NCBI GenBank assembly: GCA_028715175.1 | Contig: JAQUSJ010000001.1 | Span: 472,368-536,367, forward strand | DNA: 64,000 nucleotides | Reading direction: 5' to 3' | DNA from: Candidatus Daviesbacteria bacterium | Lineage (GTDB): Bacteria; Patescibacteriota; Microgenomatia; Daviesbacterales; UBA10151 | Shown here: piece by piece, positions 1 to 9,072 of the stretch | Layout: each line of letters opens with the position of its first letter | Numbering within the stretch: position 1 is the stretch's first letter | The notes under the pieces: model-generated | Told to the model about the DNA's origin: nothing | The model's input: only the letters and a program-made list of their open reading frames with translations | Databases searched by the model: none | Translations under genes and position numbers: made by a program

Positions 1-743
1 ATCCTATAGCTATAGCCTCCAAGGCGTCCCCCTGGAGGCTGCCGGATTACAGGGTAGAGTTAAAGAATATTAACAGCTTTAGATTTATAGTAGCAGCAAT
101 TGAGTATGAAATTAAACGGCAAATTGAAGCTTTGGAAAAGAGAGAGAAACTTACTCAGGAAACCAGAGGTTGGAATGAGGACAAAAAGTGTACGTTTTTG
201 CAAAGAAGCAAAGAAGAAGCTCATGATTACCGCTATTTTCCCGAACCGGACCTGCCGGAACTCCGAATTGAAGAGTCTAGAGTCAAAAGCCTGGAGTCAA
301 GTTTGCCAGAATTGCCTTGGGATAAACTAAAAAGATTTGCGGAGGAATATGGTATTAGTAAAAATGATGCCCAGATTCTTTCTGAGACAAAAGAACTGGC
401 CGAGTTTTTTGAAAGTGCTTTAGAACATGGTAAAAAACATGGTGTTTCTATCAAAGAAGTGGCAAATTATATAGTTAACAGAAAGCCCGACATAAGTTCT
501 GTACTGCCAACACAGATTATAGAGGAATTAAAGGGTAAAAAAGTGGGAATAATAGAGAGCGAGAAAGAACTTGAAAAACTCGCTGAACAAGCTGTCAAAG
601 AAAATGCGAACGCAGTTCTGGATTATAAGAAAGGTAAAGAGGCAGCGCTGCAAGTTTTAATAGGCGGAGTAATGAAATTATCTTTAGGTAAAGCAGACAT
701 TGCTAAATTGAAGCCGATTCTGGAAAAATTACTTAAATCTTAA
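1..743 (+). CDS. gatB: Asp-tRNA(Asn)/Glu-tRNA(Gln) amidotransferase subunit B, C-terminal part (5' end lies upstream of window)
   Basis: Frame 3 is open from nt 3 with no stop; GatB signature YRYFPEPDLP and C-terminal GatB/YqeY helical domain; EYEIKRQIEALEK matches GatB. Confidence 0.85.
   Translation, partial: PIAIASKASPWRLPDYRVELKNINSFRFIVAAIEYEIKRQIEALEKREKLTQETRGWNEDKKCTFLQRSKEEAHDYRYFPEPDLPELRIEESRVKSLESSLPELPWDKLKRFAEEYGISKNDAQILSETKELAEFFESALEHGKKHGVSIKEVANYIVNRKPDISSVLPTQIIEELKGKKVGIIESEKELEKLAEQAVKENANAVLDYKKGKEAALQVLIGGVMKLSLGKADIAKLKPILEKLLKS
14..40. repeat. 27-bp GC-rich hairpin element, family A copy 1 (reverse orientation), in-frame inside gatB (encodes ASKASPWRL)
   Basis: agcctccaaggcgtccccctggaggct; stem AGCCTCCA/TGGAGGCT; reverse complement of the core seen at 4343, 39792 etc. 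Confidence 0.7.
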
Positions 744-780
744 ACTCCCTCTTGAAATAACATCCTAAGGTGCTGGTAAA

Positions 781-3700
781 ATGACAATCACAAAGACTAT
801 TATGCCTAAATTTGTTCACCTTCATGGCCACACCCAATATTCTCTTTTAGACGGACTGTCAAAAGTTCCGAAATTAATTAAGACTGTTAAAGATTTAGGT
901 ATGGAATCAATAGCCATTACGGATCATGGGGTAATGTATGGGGCAATCGAGTTCTACAAAGCTTGCCGGGAAGCCGGGGTAAAACCTATTGTCGGGGTAG
1001 AAATGTATGTTGCCAAAAGATCCCATAAAGACAAAGAAGGAAAACTTGACAGCGAACCGTTTCATTTAACAGTACTGGCTAAAAATTACCAGGGATATCT
1101 TAACTTGATGAAGCTGACAACTATTGCCCATTGTGACGGATACTACTACAGACCAAGGGTGGATAAAGCTTTATTGAAAGAGTTTCACGAAGGATTAATA
1201 GCTTTGTCAGGCTGTCCTGCAGGAGAATTTGTCAGGTCTTTAAATACGAGAGACCCCAAAAAGGCCGAGGAAGTAATCAAAAATTATTTAAGTATATTTG
1301 GCGAAGGTAACTTTTATCTGGAATTGCAAAGTCATCCATATCAGCAGTCTTTGGACGAAGCGGTGGACGATACAGTCAAAAAGGACTTGCAGGAGATACT
1401 GGATATACAAACCCAAACCTGGAGTACGGTAAAGCAGTTATCGAAAAAAATTGGCATACCAATAGTTGGAACCAACGATTACCACTATGTCGCAAAAGAA
1501 GATGCCCAGGCTCAAGATGCATTGCTTTGTGTCCAAACCGGAAAATTACTTAGCGATGTTGTAAGGCTTCGGATGATTGATACCCCGGATTATTTTGTGA
1601 AATCACCGGTTGAGATGGCGGAAAATTTTAAAGATATTCCGGAAGCTCTGGAAAATACTGTAAAAATTGCGAAACTGATTGATTTGGAAATTCCATTGGG
1701 GGTAGCCCGGTTTCCGGTATTTGAAACTCCAAACAAGGCTTCCTCAATGGAGTATTTGCGGGAGATAACATATCAAAAAGCAGCTGAAAAATTGGAATTG
1801 ACAAAAGAAATAAAAGAGCGTTTGGATTTTGAACTTAGCGTGATTGAGAAAAAGAAATATGCGGACTATTTTCTGGTAGTTGCGGATTTTATGGACTGGG
1901 CTCACCAGCGGGGGATTATTACCAACACCAGGGGTTCTGCGGCAGCTTCAATGGTTTTATATTGTTTAGGGGTAACTAACCTAAACCCTTTGGGTTATTT
2001 GCTGCCTTTTGAGCGTTTTTTAACAGTCTATCGGCCTTCTCTGCCGGATATTGATGTTGATATAGCTGATGACCGCCGTGATGAAGTGATAGATTATGTG
2101 ATGAAAAAATATGGTAAAGATCGGGTTGCTCACATTGTGACTTTTGGAACCATGATGGGCCGGGCTGCCATTAGGGATGTGGGCAGGGTTATGGGGATGT
2201 CTTACTCCGATGTAGACAGGATTGCCAAATTAGTTCCGCCCCCCCATCAGGGTTTTCACAAACCTTTAGGGTTGGCAGTTAAAGAAGTGCCGGATTTGCA
2301 GAATTTATATAGAAGCGATCCTCAAATTAAGAAACTTTTGGATTTGGCTGCCAGGATTGAAGGTACTGTGCGTCATGCTTCGGTGCATGCAGCGGGTATT
2401 GTTATTGCCCCGGATGAAATAACCAATTTTACCCCTTTGCAAAAAGAATCCAGCGGAGAAAGACTGGTATCCCAATATGACATGTTTGCGGTAGAAGATG
2501 CAGGTTTGGTGAAAATGGACCTTTTGGGTATCAGAAATTTATCAATTTTGGGTAAAGCCGTTGAATTTGTCAAAGAAAATAGAGGAATAAGCATTGACCT
2601 GGATAAAATCCCCCTGGATTACAAAAAGGCTTTTGAGCTTTTGGCCAAAGGCGAAACCATGGGAGTTTTTCAGCTGGAAGGTTCGGGTATGACCAGATAT
2701 GTAACAGAACTAAAACCAACCAGTATTACCGATATTCAGGCCATGGTGGCTTTATACCGCCCGGGGCCTTTGGGGGTAATCCCGGAATATATTGCCCGGA
2801 AGCATGACCCGAAAAAAGTGAAATTTTTTGACCCCCGGATGAAAGATTATACCGAAGCCTCCTTGGGTTTGCTGGTTTATCAGGACGATGTATTGCTTAC
2901 AGCTATTAACATTGCCGGTTATTCCTGGGAAGAGGCTGATAAGTTCAGGAAAGCCATGGGTAAAAAAATTCCCTCTGAAATGGCCAGGCAAAAAGACAAG
3001 TTTATTGAAGGGTGTATTAAAAACGGCATGAGAGCGGAAAAAGCGGAAGAGTTATTTGCCATGATTGCTCCCTTTGCAGCTTATGGATTTAATAAAGCTC
3101 ATGCGGCCAGTTATGCCATGATTGCTTATCAAACAGCTTACATGAAAGCAAGCTTCCCTGTTGAGTTTATGGCAGCGGTTATGACGGCCGAATCAGGAGA
3201 CAGCGATAAGATTGCTTCGGCGATTGAAGAATGTAAAAGACTTCAGATTGTAGTTTTGCCGCCTGATGTCAATAAATCGGGAATCGGTTTTTCTCTGGAG
3301 AAACTAAAAGAGCTTTCGCAGGCCGATCTGGAGCGAAGCTTGAGTGTTGGAGAAAGCGGTATAAAGCAGGGTATTAGGTTTGGCTTATCAGCTGTGAAAA
3401 ATGTCGGTATTTCTGCGATTGAATCAATCATTCTGGCAAGAGAAGATGGAGAGTTTGTGTCTTTGGCGGATCTTTGTTCACGGGTTGATACCCGTTTGGT
3501 GAATAGAAAAACCCTGGAAAGTTTAATTAAAGCAGGCGCCCTGGATCATTTGGGGAGCCGGGCCGGACAGCTTTTGGTTTTGGACTCTTGTTTGGAGCAG
3601 TCTCATAAGCAAAGTAGGGCAAGATTGTCGGGACAGGTGCTGCTGTTTGACAGCGAAGAGGATCAGGGAGTATTTGCTGTGAAACTGCCGGATGTTGCCG

Positions 3701-4344
3701 AGTTGCCTCTTGAACAATTGCTGGTTTTCGAAAAAGATCTTTTGGGTTTTTACCTGCATGAACCCCCTTTTCTTGCAGCACTTCAAAAATTAACCAGGTT
3801 TGTATCTATCAAACTTTCCGATTTGAGCGAGGAAAGTATCGGGAAAACTTTGAAACTGGGAGGAGTTATTGTTGCGGTTAAAAAAGTATTAACCAAAAAA
3901 GCAAGCAAGGAAATGGCATTTGTTAAAATTTCCGATGGGATTTTTAGTTTAGAAGTGGTAGTTTTTCCCAAAATATTTGAAACAAGCAAAGAATTTTTGG
4001 TTTCGGATCAGGTTGTTTTAATCTCCGGACGTGTTGAGAAAAGAGAAGAGGAGCTTTCTTTAATTGTTGAAAAAATTGCCCCGTTTGATCCGGAGAGCGC
4101 GGGTGATCTGCAGCAAAATAGCTTAATGGTTGAGATTTATATTCCGGCAGGGGCAGATATATCGGTATTACAAAATATAAACAGAACTCTGCGGGGATTT
4201 CCGGGAGGCACGCCGGTTGCGTTATTTTTAAATAGCGACAAGGGTGTAAGACGTATGGATTTGCCGTTTTCTGTTGATCCGCAACCTTTACTCGAGGAAA
4301 AAGTTAAAGAGATTCTAGGCAAAGAGGCTTTTAAAATAGTCTAG
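781..4344 (+). CDS. dnaE: DNA polymerase III alpha subunit
   Basis: 1187 aa; N-terminal PHP domain (FVHLHGHTQYSLLDG), polymerase core and C-terminal OB fold; typical DnaE length. Confidence 0.95.
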   Translation: MTITKTIMPKFVHLHGHTQYSLLDGLSKVPKLIKTVKDLGMESIAITDHGVMYGAIEFYKACREAGVKPIVGVEMYVAKRSHKDKEGKLDSEPFHLTVLAKNYQGYLNLMKLTTIAHCDGYYYRPRVDKALLKEFHEGLIALSGCPAGEFVRSLNTRDPKKAEEVIKNYLSIFGEGNFYLELQSHPYQQSLDEAVDDTVKKDLQEILDIQTQTWSTVKQLSKKIGIPIVGTNDYHYVAKEDAQAQDALLCVQTGKLLSDVVRLRMIDTPDYFVKSPVEMAENFKDIPEALENTVKIAKLIDLEIPLGVARFPVFETPNKASSMEYLREITYQKAAEKLELTKEIKERLDFELSVIEKKKYADYFLVVADFMDWAHQRGIITNTRGSAAASMVLYCLGVTNLNPLGYLLPFERFLTVYRPSLPDIDVDIADDRRDEVIDYVMKKYGKDRVAHIVTFGTMMGRAAIRDVGRVMGMSYSDVDRIAKLVPPPHQGFHKPLGLAVKEVPDLQNLYRSDPQIKKLLDLAARIEGTVRHASVHAAGIVIAPDEITNFTPLQKESSGERLVSQYDMFAVEDAGLVKMDLLGIRNLSILGKAVEFVKENRGISIDLDKIPLDYKKAFELLAKGETMGVFQLEGSGMTRYVTELKPTSITDIQAMVALYRPGPLGVIPEYIARKHDPKKVKFFDPRMKDYTEASLGLLVYQDDVLLTAINIAGYSWEEADKFRKAMGKKIPSEMARQKDKFIEGCIKNGMRAEKAEELFAMIAPFAAYGFNKAHAASYAMIAYQTAYMKASFPVEFMAAVMTAESGDSDKIASAIEECKRLQIVVLPPDVNKSGIGFSLEKLKELSQADLERSLSVGESGIKQGIRFGLSAVKNVGISAIESIILAREDGEFVSLADLCSRVDTRLVNRKTLESLIKAGALDHLGSRAGQLLVLDSCLEQSHKQSRARLSGQVLLFDSEEDQGVFAVKLPDVAELPLEQLLVFEKDLLGFYLHEPPFLAALQKLTRFVSIKLSDLSEESIGKTLKLGGVIVAVKKVLTKKASKEMAFVKISDGIFSLEVVVFPKIFETSKEFLVSDQVVLISGRVEKREEELSLIVEKIAPFDPESAGDLQQNSLMVEIYIPAGADISVLQNINRTLRGFPGGTPVALFLNSDKGVRRMDLPFSVDPQPLLEEKVKEILGKEAFKIV

Positions 4345-4370
4345 CCTCCAGGGGGACGCCTTGCAAGGCT
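4343..4370. repeat. family A hairpin element copy 2, overlapping the dnaE stop codon
   Basis: agcctccagggggacgccttgcaaggct; dnaE TAG at 4342-4344. Confidence 0.7.
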
Positions 4371-4418
4371 AAGCGGGTGCAGGTTGCCAGCAGGCTTAGA
4401 TTATGTTAGTATTCCTTA

Positions 4419-4733
4419 ATGATTTCAGTGAAAGTTGACGAGCAAAACATACATATTGGAGATACTGTAAGAGTACATAGTAAGGTGGTAGAAGGAACAA
4501 AAAGCAGAGTGCAGATTTTCGAAGGAATTTTAATCAGGCTTCGGGGCCGGGATGTTAATAAAACTTTCACTGTCCGTAAAATTGGAGCAGGAGGGATTGG
4601 GATTGAAAGAACCTGGCCACTGGATTCAAATTCTATTGTTAAAATTGAAGTTAAAAAAAAGGCCGGAAAAGTTAGAAGATCAAAGCTTTATTTTTTAAGA
4701 GGATTGACCGGTAAAAGCGCTGTAAGAGTTTAA
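4419..4733 (+). CDS. rplS: 50S ribosomal protein L19
   Basis: 104 aa; conserved [28 protein letters not shown]...GKVRR.KLY.LR pattern of L19. Confidence 0.9.
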   Translation: MISVKVDEQNIHIGDTVRVHSKVVEGTKSRVQIFEGILIRLRGRDVNKTFTVRKIGAGGIGIERTWPLDSNSIVKIEVKKKAGKVRRSKLYFLRGLTGKSAVRV

Positions 4734-4752
4734 TCATTCTTCCAATAATTCA

Positions 4753-5112
4753 ATGTCCAATACCGATATCGGAAATAAAGGAGAAGAACTGGCGTGCAAG
4801 TATCTTAAGAAACTGGGGTATAGAATTCTTGAAAGGAACTTTCGGATCAGGGGTGGGGAAATAGATATTGTAGCCAAAGATAGGGATACTTTGGTGTTTG
4901 CGGAGGTAAAAACCCGATACTCTCATGAGTTTGGTTTACCTTGTGAGTCCATGACGCCATGGAAAATTCGCTCACTTTTAAAAACTGCCAGATTTTATAT
5001 CCAAAAAATCAGCTGGGGTAATAGGGAATACAGGTTGGATTTTGTGGGGGTGGATTTTGCTGAGTCCGGGGATAATCCCAAAATAGAACTAATTAAGAAT
5101 ATCATCTTATAG
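4753..5112 (+). CDS. YraN/UPF0102 family endonuclease
   Basis: 119 aa; GGEIDIVAKD..LVFAEVKTR motif typical of UPF0102; common neighbour of rplS/rnhB. Confidence 0.7.
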   Translation: MSNTDIGNKGEELACKYLKKLGYRILERNFRIRGGEIDIVAKDRDTLVFAEVKTRYSHEFGLPCESMTPWKIRSLLKTARFYIQKISWGNREYRLDFVGVDFAESGDNPKIELIKNIIL

Positions 5113-5117
5113 TATTA

Positions 5118-5145
5118 CGCTCCAGGGAAACGCCTTGCGAAGCTG
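5118..5145. repeat. family A hairpin element copy 3 (degenerate) between convergent genes
   Basis: cgctccagggaaacgccttgcgaagctg, directly after the yraN stop (5110-5112). Confidence 0.6.
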
Positions 5146-5149
5146 CTCC

Positions 5150-6031
5150 TTATTTTTCCGCTACCACAAAGGGGATTTCTTCCCAGTCTTTAACTTTTCT
5201 AATTTTTTTATTAATTTCCCAAACTGTTTCCAAAAGTTTTGGATCAAGTTTTAAACTCTTAGCCCGGCCAATTAAGGCAACGATATCTTTAGGAAAACAT
5301 TTCCCCCCAAACCCTTTGGATGTAGTTACATCCAGGTGTGAGTTAAAAATCCGGCGGTCTGCCACAACAATGCTTTTAACTTCTTCATATTTAATACCTA
5401 AAGCCTGGCATAAATCATACATCTGATTGGCAAAAATTACCTTGGTGGCCAAAAAAGCATTAGCCATATATTTGACCATTTCGGCAGTTGTAGTATCTGT
5501 TTGGAAAACCTTGGTTTTCGGGAATCTTTGTCTGTATAAAGAGATCAATCTTCGGGAAACCGTATCGTTATTCGCTCCTACAACATTGCGGTCTGATTTT
5601 ATAAAATCCTCTAAATAATTTGCCTCTGTTAAAAATTCCGGGTTCATGGCAAAGTTGCTTTTTGGGTATTTTTTTTCTAAAGCAACAGTGGTGCCCGGTA
5701 CAACAGTTGATTTAATCACAATGATTTTGTCGGTATTGTCGGTATATTGGGTAATCTCTTTAATGTTTTCTTCGATGATGGAAAGGTCAATCCCCGACTC
5801 GTCTTCTTTCATCGGCGTGGGTAAACAAATAAAAATAAACTCGCTTGATGCAACTACGCTTTCTAAAGACTCGGTGTTTTTGTATTTGTCATAAAATCTA
5901 ATTTCATATTTATCTTTTATCTCCGGTTGGGAAAAGCCGTATGCCAGGGCCTGACCGACTATTCCGTAACCGATAATTCCAAGTTTGGCGGGGTTGATTA
6001 GTTCTGCGGAGTCCTCTTGTTGCTTATTCAT
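5150..6031 (-). CDS. UDP-glucose/GDP-mannose dehydrogenase family protein, short form lacking the C-terminal UDP-binding domain
   Basis: Start moved to ATG at 6031 (MNKQQ...). Rossmann GIIGYGIVG and catalytic GGKCFPKD motif present. 294 aa is shorter than canonical ~400 aa, so possibly truncated. Confidence 0.65.
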   Translation of the reverse strand: MNKQQEDSAELINPAKLGIIGYGIVGQALAYGFSQPEIKDKYEIRFYDKYKNTESLESVVASSEFIFICLPTPMKEDESGIDLSIIEENIKEITQYTDNTDKIIVIKSTVVPGTTVALEKKYPKSNFAMNPEFLTEANYLEDFIKSDRNVVGANNDTVSRRLISLYRQRFPKTKVFQTDTTTAEMVKYMANAFLATKVIFANQMYDLCQALGIKYEEVKSIVVADRRIFNSHLDVTTSKGFGGKCFPKDIVALIGRAKSLKLDPKLLETVWEINKKIRKVKDWEEIPFVVAEK

Positions 6032-6061
6032 GCAAAAAAAGTATAGCATAAAGAGTAAAGC

Positions 6062-6466
6062 ATGGGTATTATTAAAAAGGTAGCTTTGGCAGCGTTCAAA
6101 GACAAGAAGCTGCTGCAGGTAAGAACACACAAAGAAAGTCATGTGTTCTTTACGCTTGGCGGTAAACCGGAAAAGGGTGAGTGTGAAATTGAATGTTTAA
6201 AAAGAGAGGTTAAAGAAGAAATCGGGTGTGGGTTGGATGAGTCGTCAATAAAGTTTTTGACAGAATTTGAAGATGTGGCACACGGTAAAGATGGCGTTTT
6301 TGTAAACATCAAAATGTATGAAGGGAATTTAATCGGCAGTCCTAAACCCTCCTCAGAGGTGGTGGAAATTGGCTATTTTGATACCCGCTCGGATAAGAAA
6401 AATCTTTCAACAATTGCCCAACGAACAATTTTCCCCTGGCTCAAGGCTCATGGGTATATAAACTAG
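6062..6466 (+). CDS. NUDIX hydrolase
   Basis: Nudix box GGKPEKGECEIECLKREVKEEIG (GX5EX7REUXEEXGU). Confidence 0.8.
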   Translation: MGIIKKVALAAFKDKKLLQVRTHKESHVFFTLGGKPEKGECEIECLKREVKEEIGCGLDESSIKFLTEFEDVAHGKDGVFVNIKMYEGNLIGSPKPSSEVVEIGYFDTRSDKKNLSTIAQRTIFPWLKAHGYIN

Positions 6467-6469
6467 GCA

Positions 6470-6498
6470 TTGACAGGCACGAAATCTTATAATAATAT
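6470..6498 (+). promoter_or_regulatory. sigma70-like promoter TTGACA-N17-TAATAT for the 6505 ORF
   Basis: ttgaca at 6470-6475, 17-nt spacer, taatat at 6493-6498; 6 nt upstream of the ATG region. Confidence 0.5.
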
Positions 6499-6504
6499 CT
6501 GGAC

Positions 6505-6897
6505 ATGAGTAGCAGAGGTGAAGTCTATAGAGCTTTAGTTGAATCAACTGTAGCCCAGTTAATGGGAGCCCGTGTTCCTGATGTTACTGTTGTGGAGCAA
6601 CAAATAGAACGAGGTCATGTGGTTTCTGGAAATTGGTTAGGAGGAGTTACTAGGAACACACCTATGCCAGAAAGCTTGGTGAGGCGACTTGTTACTCAAA
6701 TAGAACCAAGAGTAAAAGCGGCTTTTGCAGATATGTCTGAGTGTACTCTCTCTATTCGTATATCGGAAGGATGGAAACCTCCTATAATTGATTCAGTAGT
6801 TCCTGATTTGCGGATAAGATGGCGCTTGCGACGTCTAAAGGAGCCTACTTTGTATCAACATGTAACTGGTCGATATGCAACTCAGCCGCTTGACTAA
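6505..6897 (+). CDS. hypothetical protein (lysine-poor, compositionally atypical)
   Basis: 130-aa ORF with consensus promoter; no recognisable motif; composition unlike neighbouring K-rich proteins. Confidence 0.4.
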   Translation: MSSRGEVYRALVESTVAQLMGARVPDVTVVEQQIERGHVVSGNWLGGVTRNTPMPESLVRRLVTQIEPRVKAAFADMSECTLSIRISEGWKPPIIDSVVPDLRIRWRLRRLKEPTLYQHVTGRYATQPLD

Positions 6898-6949
6898 GCA
6901 GTATTACACTTGAGAGTAATATTCAATTCCAGTATAATCTAAACAGTTT

Positions 6950-7023
6950 GCCGCGTTCGTCTAGTGGCCTAGGACGTTGGGTTTTCATCCCAGAAATCAC
7001 GGGTTCGACTCCCGTACGCGGTA
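6950..7023 (+). tRNA. tRNA-Glu (anticodon TTC)
   Basis: Hand-folded cloverleaf: acceptor GCCGCGT/ACGCGGT, D loop with GG, anticodon stem TTGGG/CCCAG, loop TTTTCAT, T loop TTCGACT; no encoded CCA. Confidence 0.8.
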
Positions 7024-7135
7024 CTAGCTCCAAAATTTAATCCTTGCGATTAAATTTCTGGAGATACTACTTCGTTAGAGTGAATCCTAGCTCGAAGAGC
7101 GGTTCGCCATCCGCCTTTGGCGGATGATCTGCGTT

Positions 7136-7151
7136 CTCCCGTACGCGGTAC
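7136..7151 (+). repeat. direct repeat of the tRNA-Glu 3' end (ctcccgtacgcggtac) followed by CCA; attL/attR-like scar
   Basis: Identical 16-mer at 7009-7024 (inside tRNA) and 7136-7151. The second copy continues with cca, while the intact gene continues with cta. Confidence 0.6.
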
Positions 7152-7163
7152 CAGAATTACAGA

Positions 7164-7742
7164 TTAGATTGTTATACCAAGCTTTTTAAGCTTTTCTTTT
7201 AAATCTTGTGGGTTATTAAACAGAATACCCTTCATACCTACGTTTACAGCGCCTGTGATATTGCTTTCTCTGTCATCGATAAATACTGCCTCTTGTGGTT
7301 TAACTCCCAACATCTCAGCTATTAATTGATACATTTTTGGATCAGGCTTTATCATCTTGTGTTCTGTAGAGACAATCATTGCATCAAAAACTTCTTTTAT
7401 ATTAAATTTTTTTAAAAGAATCTTAAGCCACTCTGATATAAAGTTTGATAAAAGACCAATCTTGTAATTCCTCTTTAATTTTTTCATTAACTTATAAACT
7501 TCTTTATTTAAAACAAAAGTGCTAAGAATTTCTTTTTTCACTTGTTTTGCTTCCTTGCCTGATTCTTTTGCAAGGTAATTTAAAAATTGATCGGGAGAAA
7601 TACTGCTGCTGTCAACTTTATAGGAAATATCATGGAAGAAATCTCTCCTTTTTTCAAGATTAGGGATATTTTTATGCAACCAAAGCCAATATGCCTCTGT
7701 CATAATAACTCCTGCGTTATCAAAAATAATGGCTTTAATCAT
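7164..7742 (-). CDS. HAD-superfamily hydrolase
   Basis: 192 aa; motif I FDNAGV (DxD-type) and motif IV FIDDR. Confidence 0.75.
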   Translation of the reverse strand: MIKAIIFDNAGVIMTEAYWLWLHKNIPNLEKRRDFFHDISYKVDSSSISPDQFLNYLAKESGKEAKQVKKEILSTFVLNKEVYKLMKKLKRNYKIGLLSNFISEWLKILLKKFNIKEVFDAMIVSTEHKMIKPDPKMYQLIAEMLGVKPQEAVFIDDRESNITGAVNVGMKGILFNNPQDLKEKLKKLGITI

Positions 7743-7845
7743 TGGGGTAAATATATCACGATTCTAATCCCTAATGGTAGTTATATGCTAGATTTGAAGT
7801 GAAGCTGTACTTGAGTAAAGCATCCCATGCCTGAAGTGTACCTAG

Positions 7846-7880
7846 AAGCTGGTTCTCCTTCGACAAGCTCAGGACTATAG
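7846..7880. repeat. solo copy of the cttcgacaagctcaggac motif (related to the family B TIR region in uvrA)
   Basis: ccttcgacaagctcaggactatag here vs ctttcgacaagctcaggacaagag at 35117-35140. Confidence 0.45.
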
Positions 7881-7955
7881 CAATTCTGAAACACTTGGGG
7901 TACTTATGAGCCCTATAGTTTGCAATTATTTTTCCATTTATAGTATAATTCCTTA

Positions 7956-8645
7956 ATGGCAAATTGCGAACAACAAACAGGCTTTTATGGGTTGGTTTCC
8001 AGAGTTAAAAGCGTGAATTGTAGATGTGGGCCAGGGATAAAATTTAATGATGTTAATCTAGCTAGATGGTATCCTCTAGATGTGCTTTGGAAAATGTTGA
8101 AATCAACAGGCAGGGGTGGAGATATGAGGGATATAGGTGGAACTGCTGTTCATCATGTGATTTATGATGATCAAATTAATGAGGGGGATATCAAATGGTT
8201 AAGTTCCCAATCAAAGTTTGGTTTGGAAAGATTTTTCAATAATTTAATTATTGCAGATGAAACAAGAGTTTTAGAAGTCATAAGGAATGATAGTTTTGCA
8301 TTAGAAAAGCCAGAGAATAAATTACACACATTAACTAGACGTTTGTCAGATTTGTTAGAAGTATTACCACATGGTTTATCAGCTGGATTACTGCTGGCAG
8401 TTGCAAACCCTTATTTTAGGAAGGTAGAGACAATGGATATTTCACAAGCACAGAAGACTCTAAATTATGCTAGAGATGCATTTGTTTTTCTTCCACCAGA
8501 CGCAAGACTTGATATTTTTGGCGAAATGGTTCAACTTTCCCCAGGTCCAAATGGTACTGCACGAAAGTTCTTGAGGTCAGTTGCTTTGAGTAATGGAGAT
8601 GCAGCAATTCCTTATAATGAACTGTTGCAATTAGTAGGAACTTAA
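7956..8645 (+). CDS. hypothetical protein (lysine-poor)
   Basis: 229-aa ORF preceded by a tataat-like box; no motif recognised; lies between tRNA scars. Confidence 0.45.
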   Translation: MANCEQQTGFYGLVSRVKSVNCRCGPGIKFNDVNLARWYPLDVLWKMLKSTGRGGDMRDIGGTAVHHVIYDDQINEGDIKWLSSQSKFGLERFFNNLIIADETRVLEVIRNDSFALEKPENKLHTLTRRLSDLLEVLPHGLSAGLLLAVANPYFRKVETMDISQAQKTLNYARDAFVFLPPDARLDIFGEMVQLSPGPNGTARKFLRSVALSNGDAAIPYNELLQLVGT

Positions 8646-8710
8646 ATGGCGAAAAAGCCTCTTAAGAAAAATTGAAGAAGTTAATGGCACGGAGCCACTA
8701 TTTCTTTTTG

Positions 8711-8782
8711 TGATCCGGCAGGGATTCGAACCCTGGACCAAGAGCTTAAAAGGCTCCTGCTCTACCGCTGAGCTACCGGACC
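8711..8782 (-). tRNA. tRNA-Lys (anticodon TTT)
   Basis: Reverse complement GGTCCGGTAGCTCAGCGGTAGAGCAGGAGCCTTTTAAGCTCTTGGTCCAGGGTTCGAATCCCTGCCGGATCA; anticodon loop CTTTTAA; T loop TTCGAAT. Confidence 0.8.
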
Positions 8783-9030
8783 AAGATATTTTTTAACCAA
8801 TCTCGACCTATATGTGACTTTAGGTACTTTTCTCTTTTTAATGCTTCTTGTCTCGTATTGTACTCTTCCTTATAAACTACATTCCATGGGCCCTTATTTA
8901 TTTTAGTATAGCTTTTAATTTTACTAGGTAACAAACCATTATGTCTTGCTAGTCTACTTTCTAAATTCCCTGTTTGCCCAATGTATATTTTACCAGTTGT
9001 TTTACTCTTAATTACATAAACACTGTACAT
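8773..9030 (-). CDS. GIY-YIG nuclease family protein (YhbQ/UPF0213-like, 85 aa)
   Basis: YVIKS..GKIYIGQTGNLESRLARHN matches the GIY-YIG core; 3' end overlaps the tRNA-Lys 5' end by 10 nt. Confidence 0.8.
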   Translation of the reverse strand: MYSVYVIKSKTTGKIYIGQTGNLESRLARHNGLLPSKIKSYTKINKGPWNVVYKEEYNTRQEALKREKYLKSHIGRDWLKNILVR

Positions 9031-9072
9031 AAACTAATAGAACCAATAGCTTAAAAGTCCGGCTGCGCCGGA

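Noticed and set aside
277-305. A 27-nt stretch in gatB (gagtctagagtcaaaagcctggagtca, ESRVKSLES) is 22/27 identical to uvrB 32413-32439 (gaatctagagtcaagagtctagagtct, also ESRVKSLES); at first sight another shared in-frame mini-element
   Set aside because: Recalled E. coli GatB and UvrB alignments show no length difference at either site, and RVK is a conserved residue run. Identical peptide plus biased AT-rich codon usage explains the DNA similarity. No hairpin potential beyond the TCTAGA palindromes.
100-454. Small ORFs 100-330 (+) and 233-454 (-) at the window start
   Set aside because: They overlap the gatB reading frame, which is open from nt 3 and shows GatB motifs.
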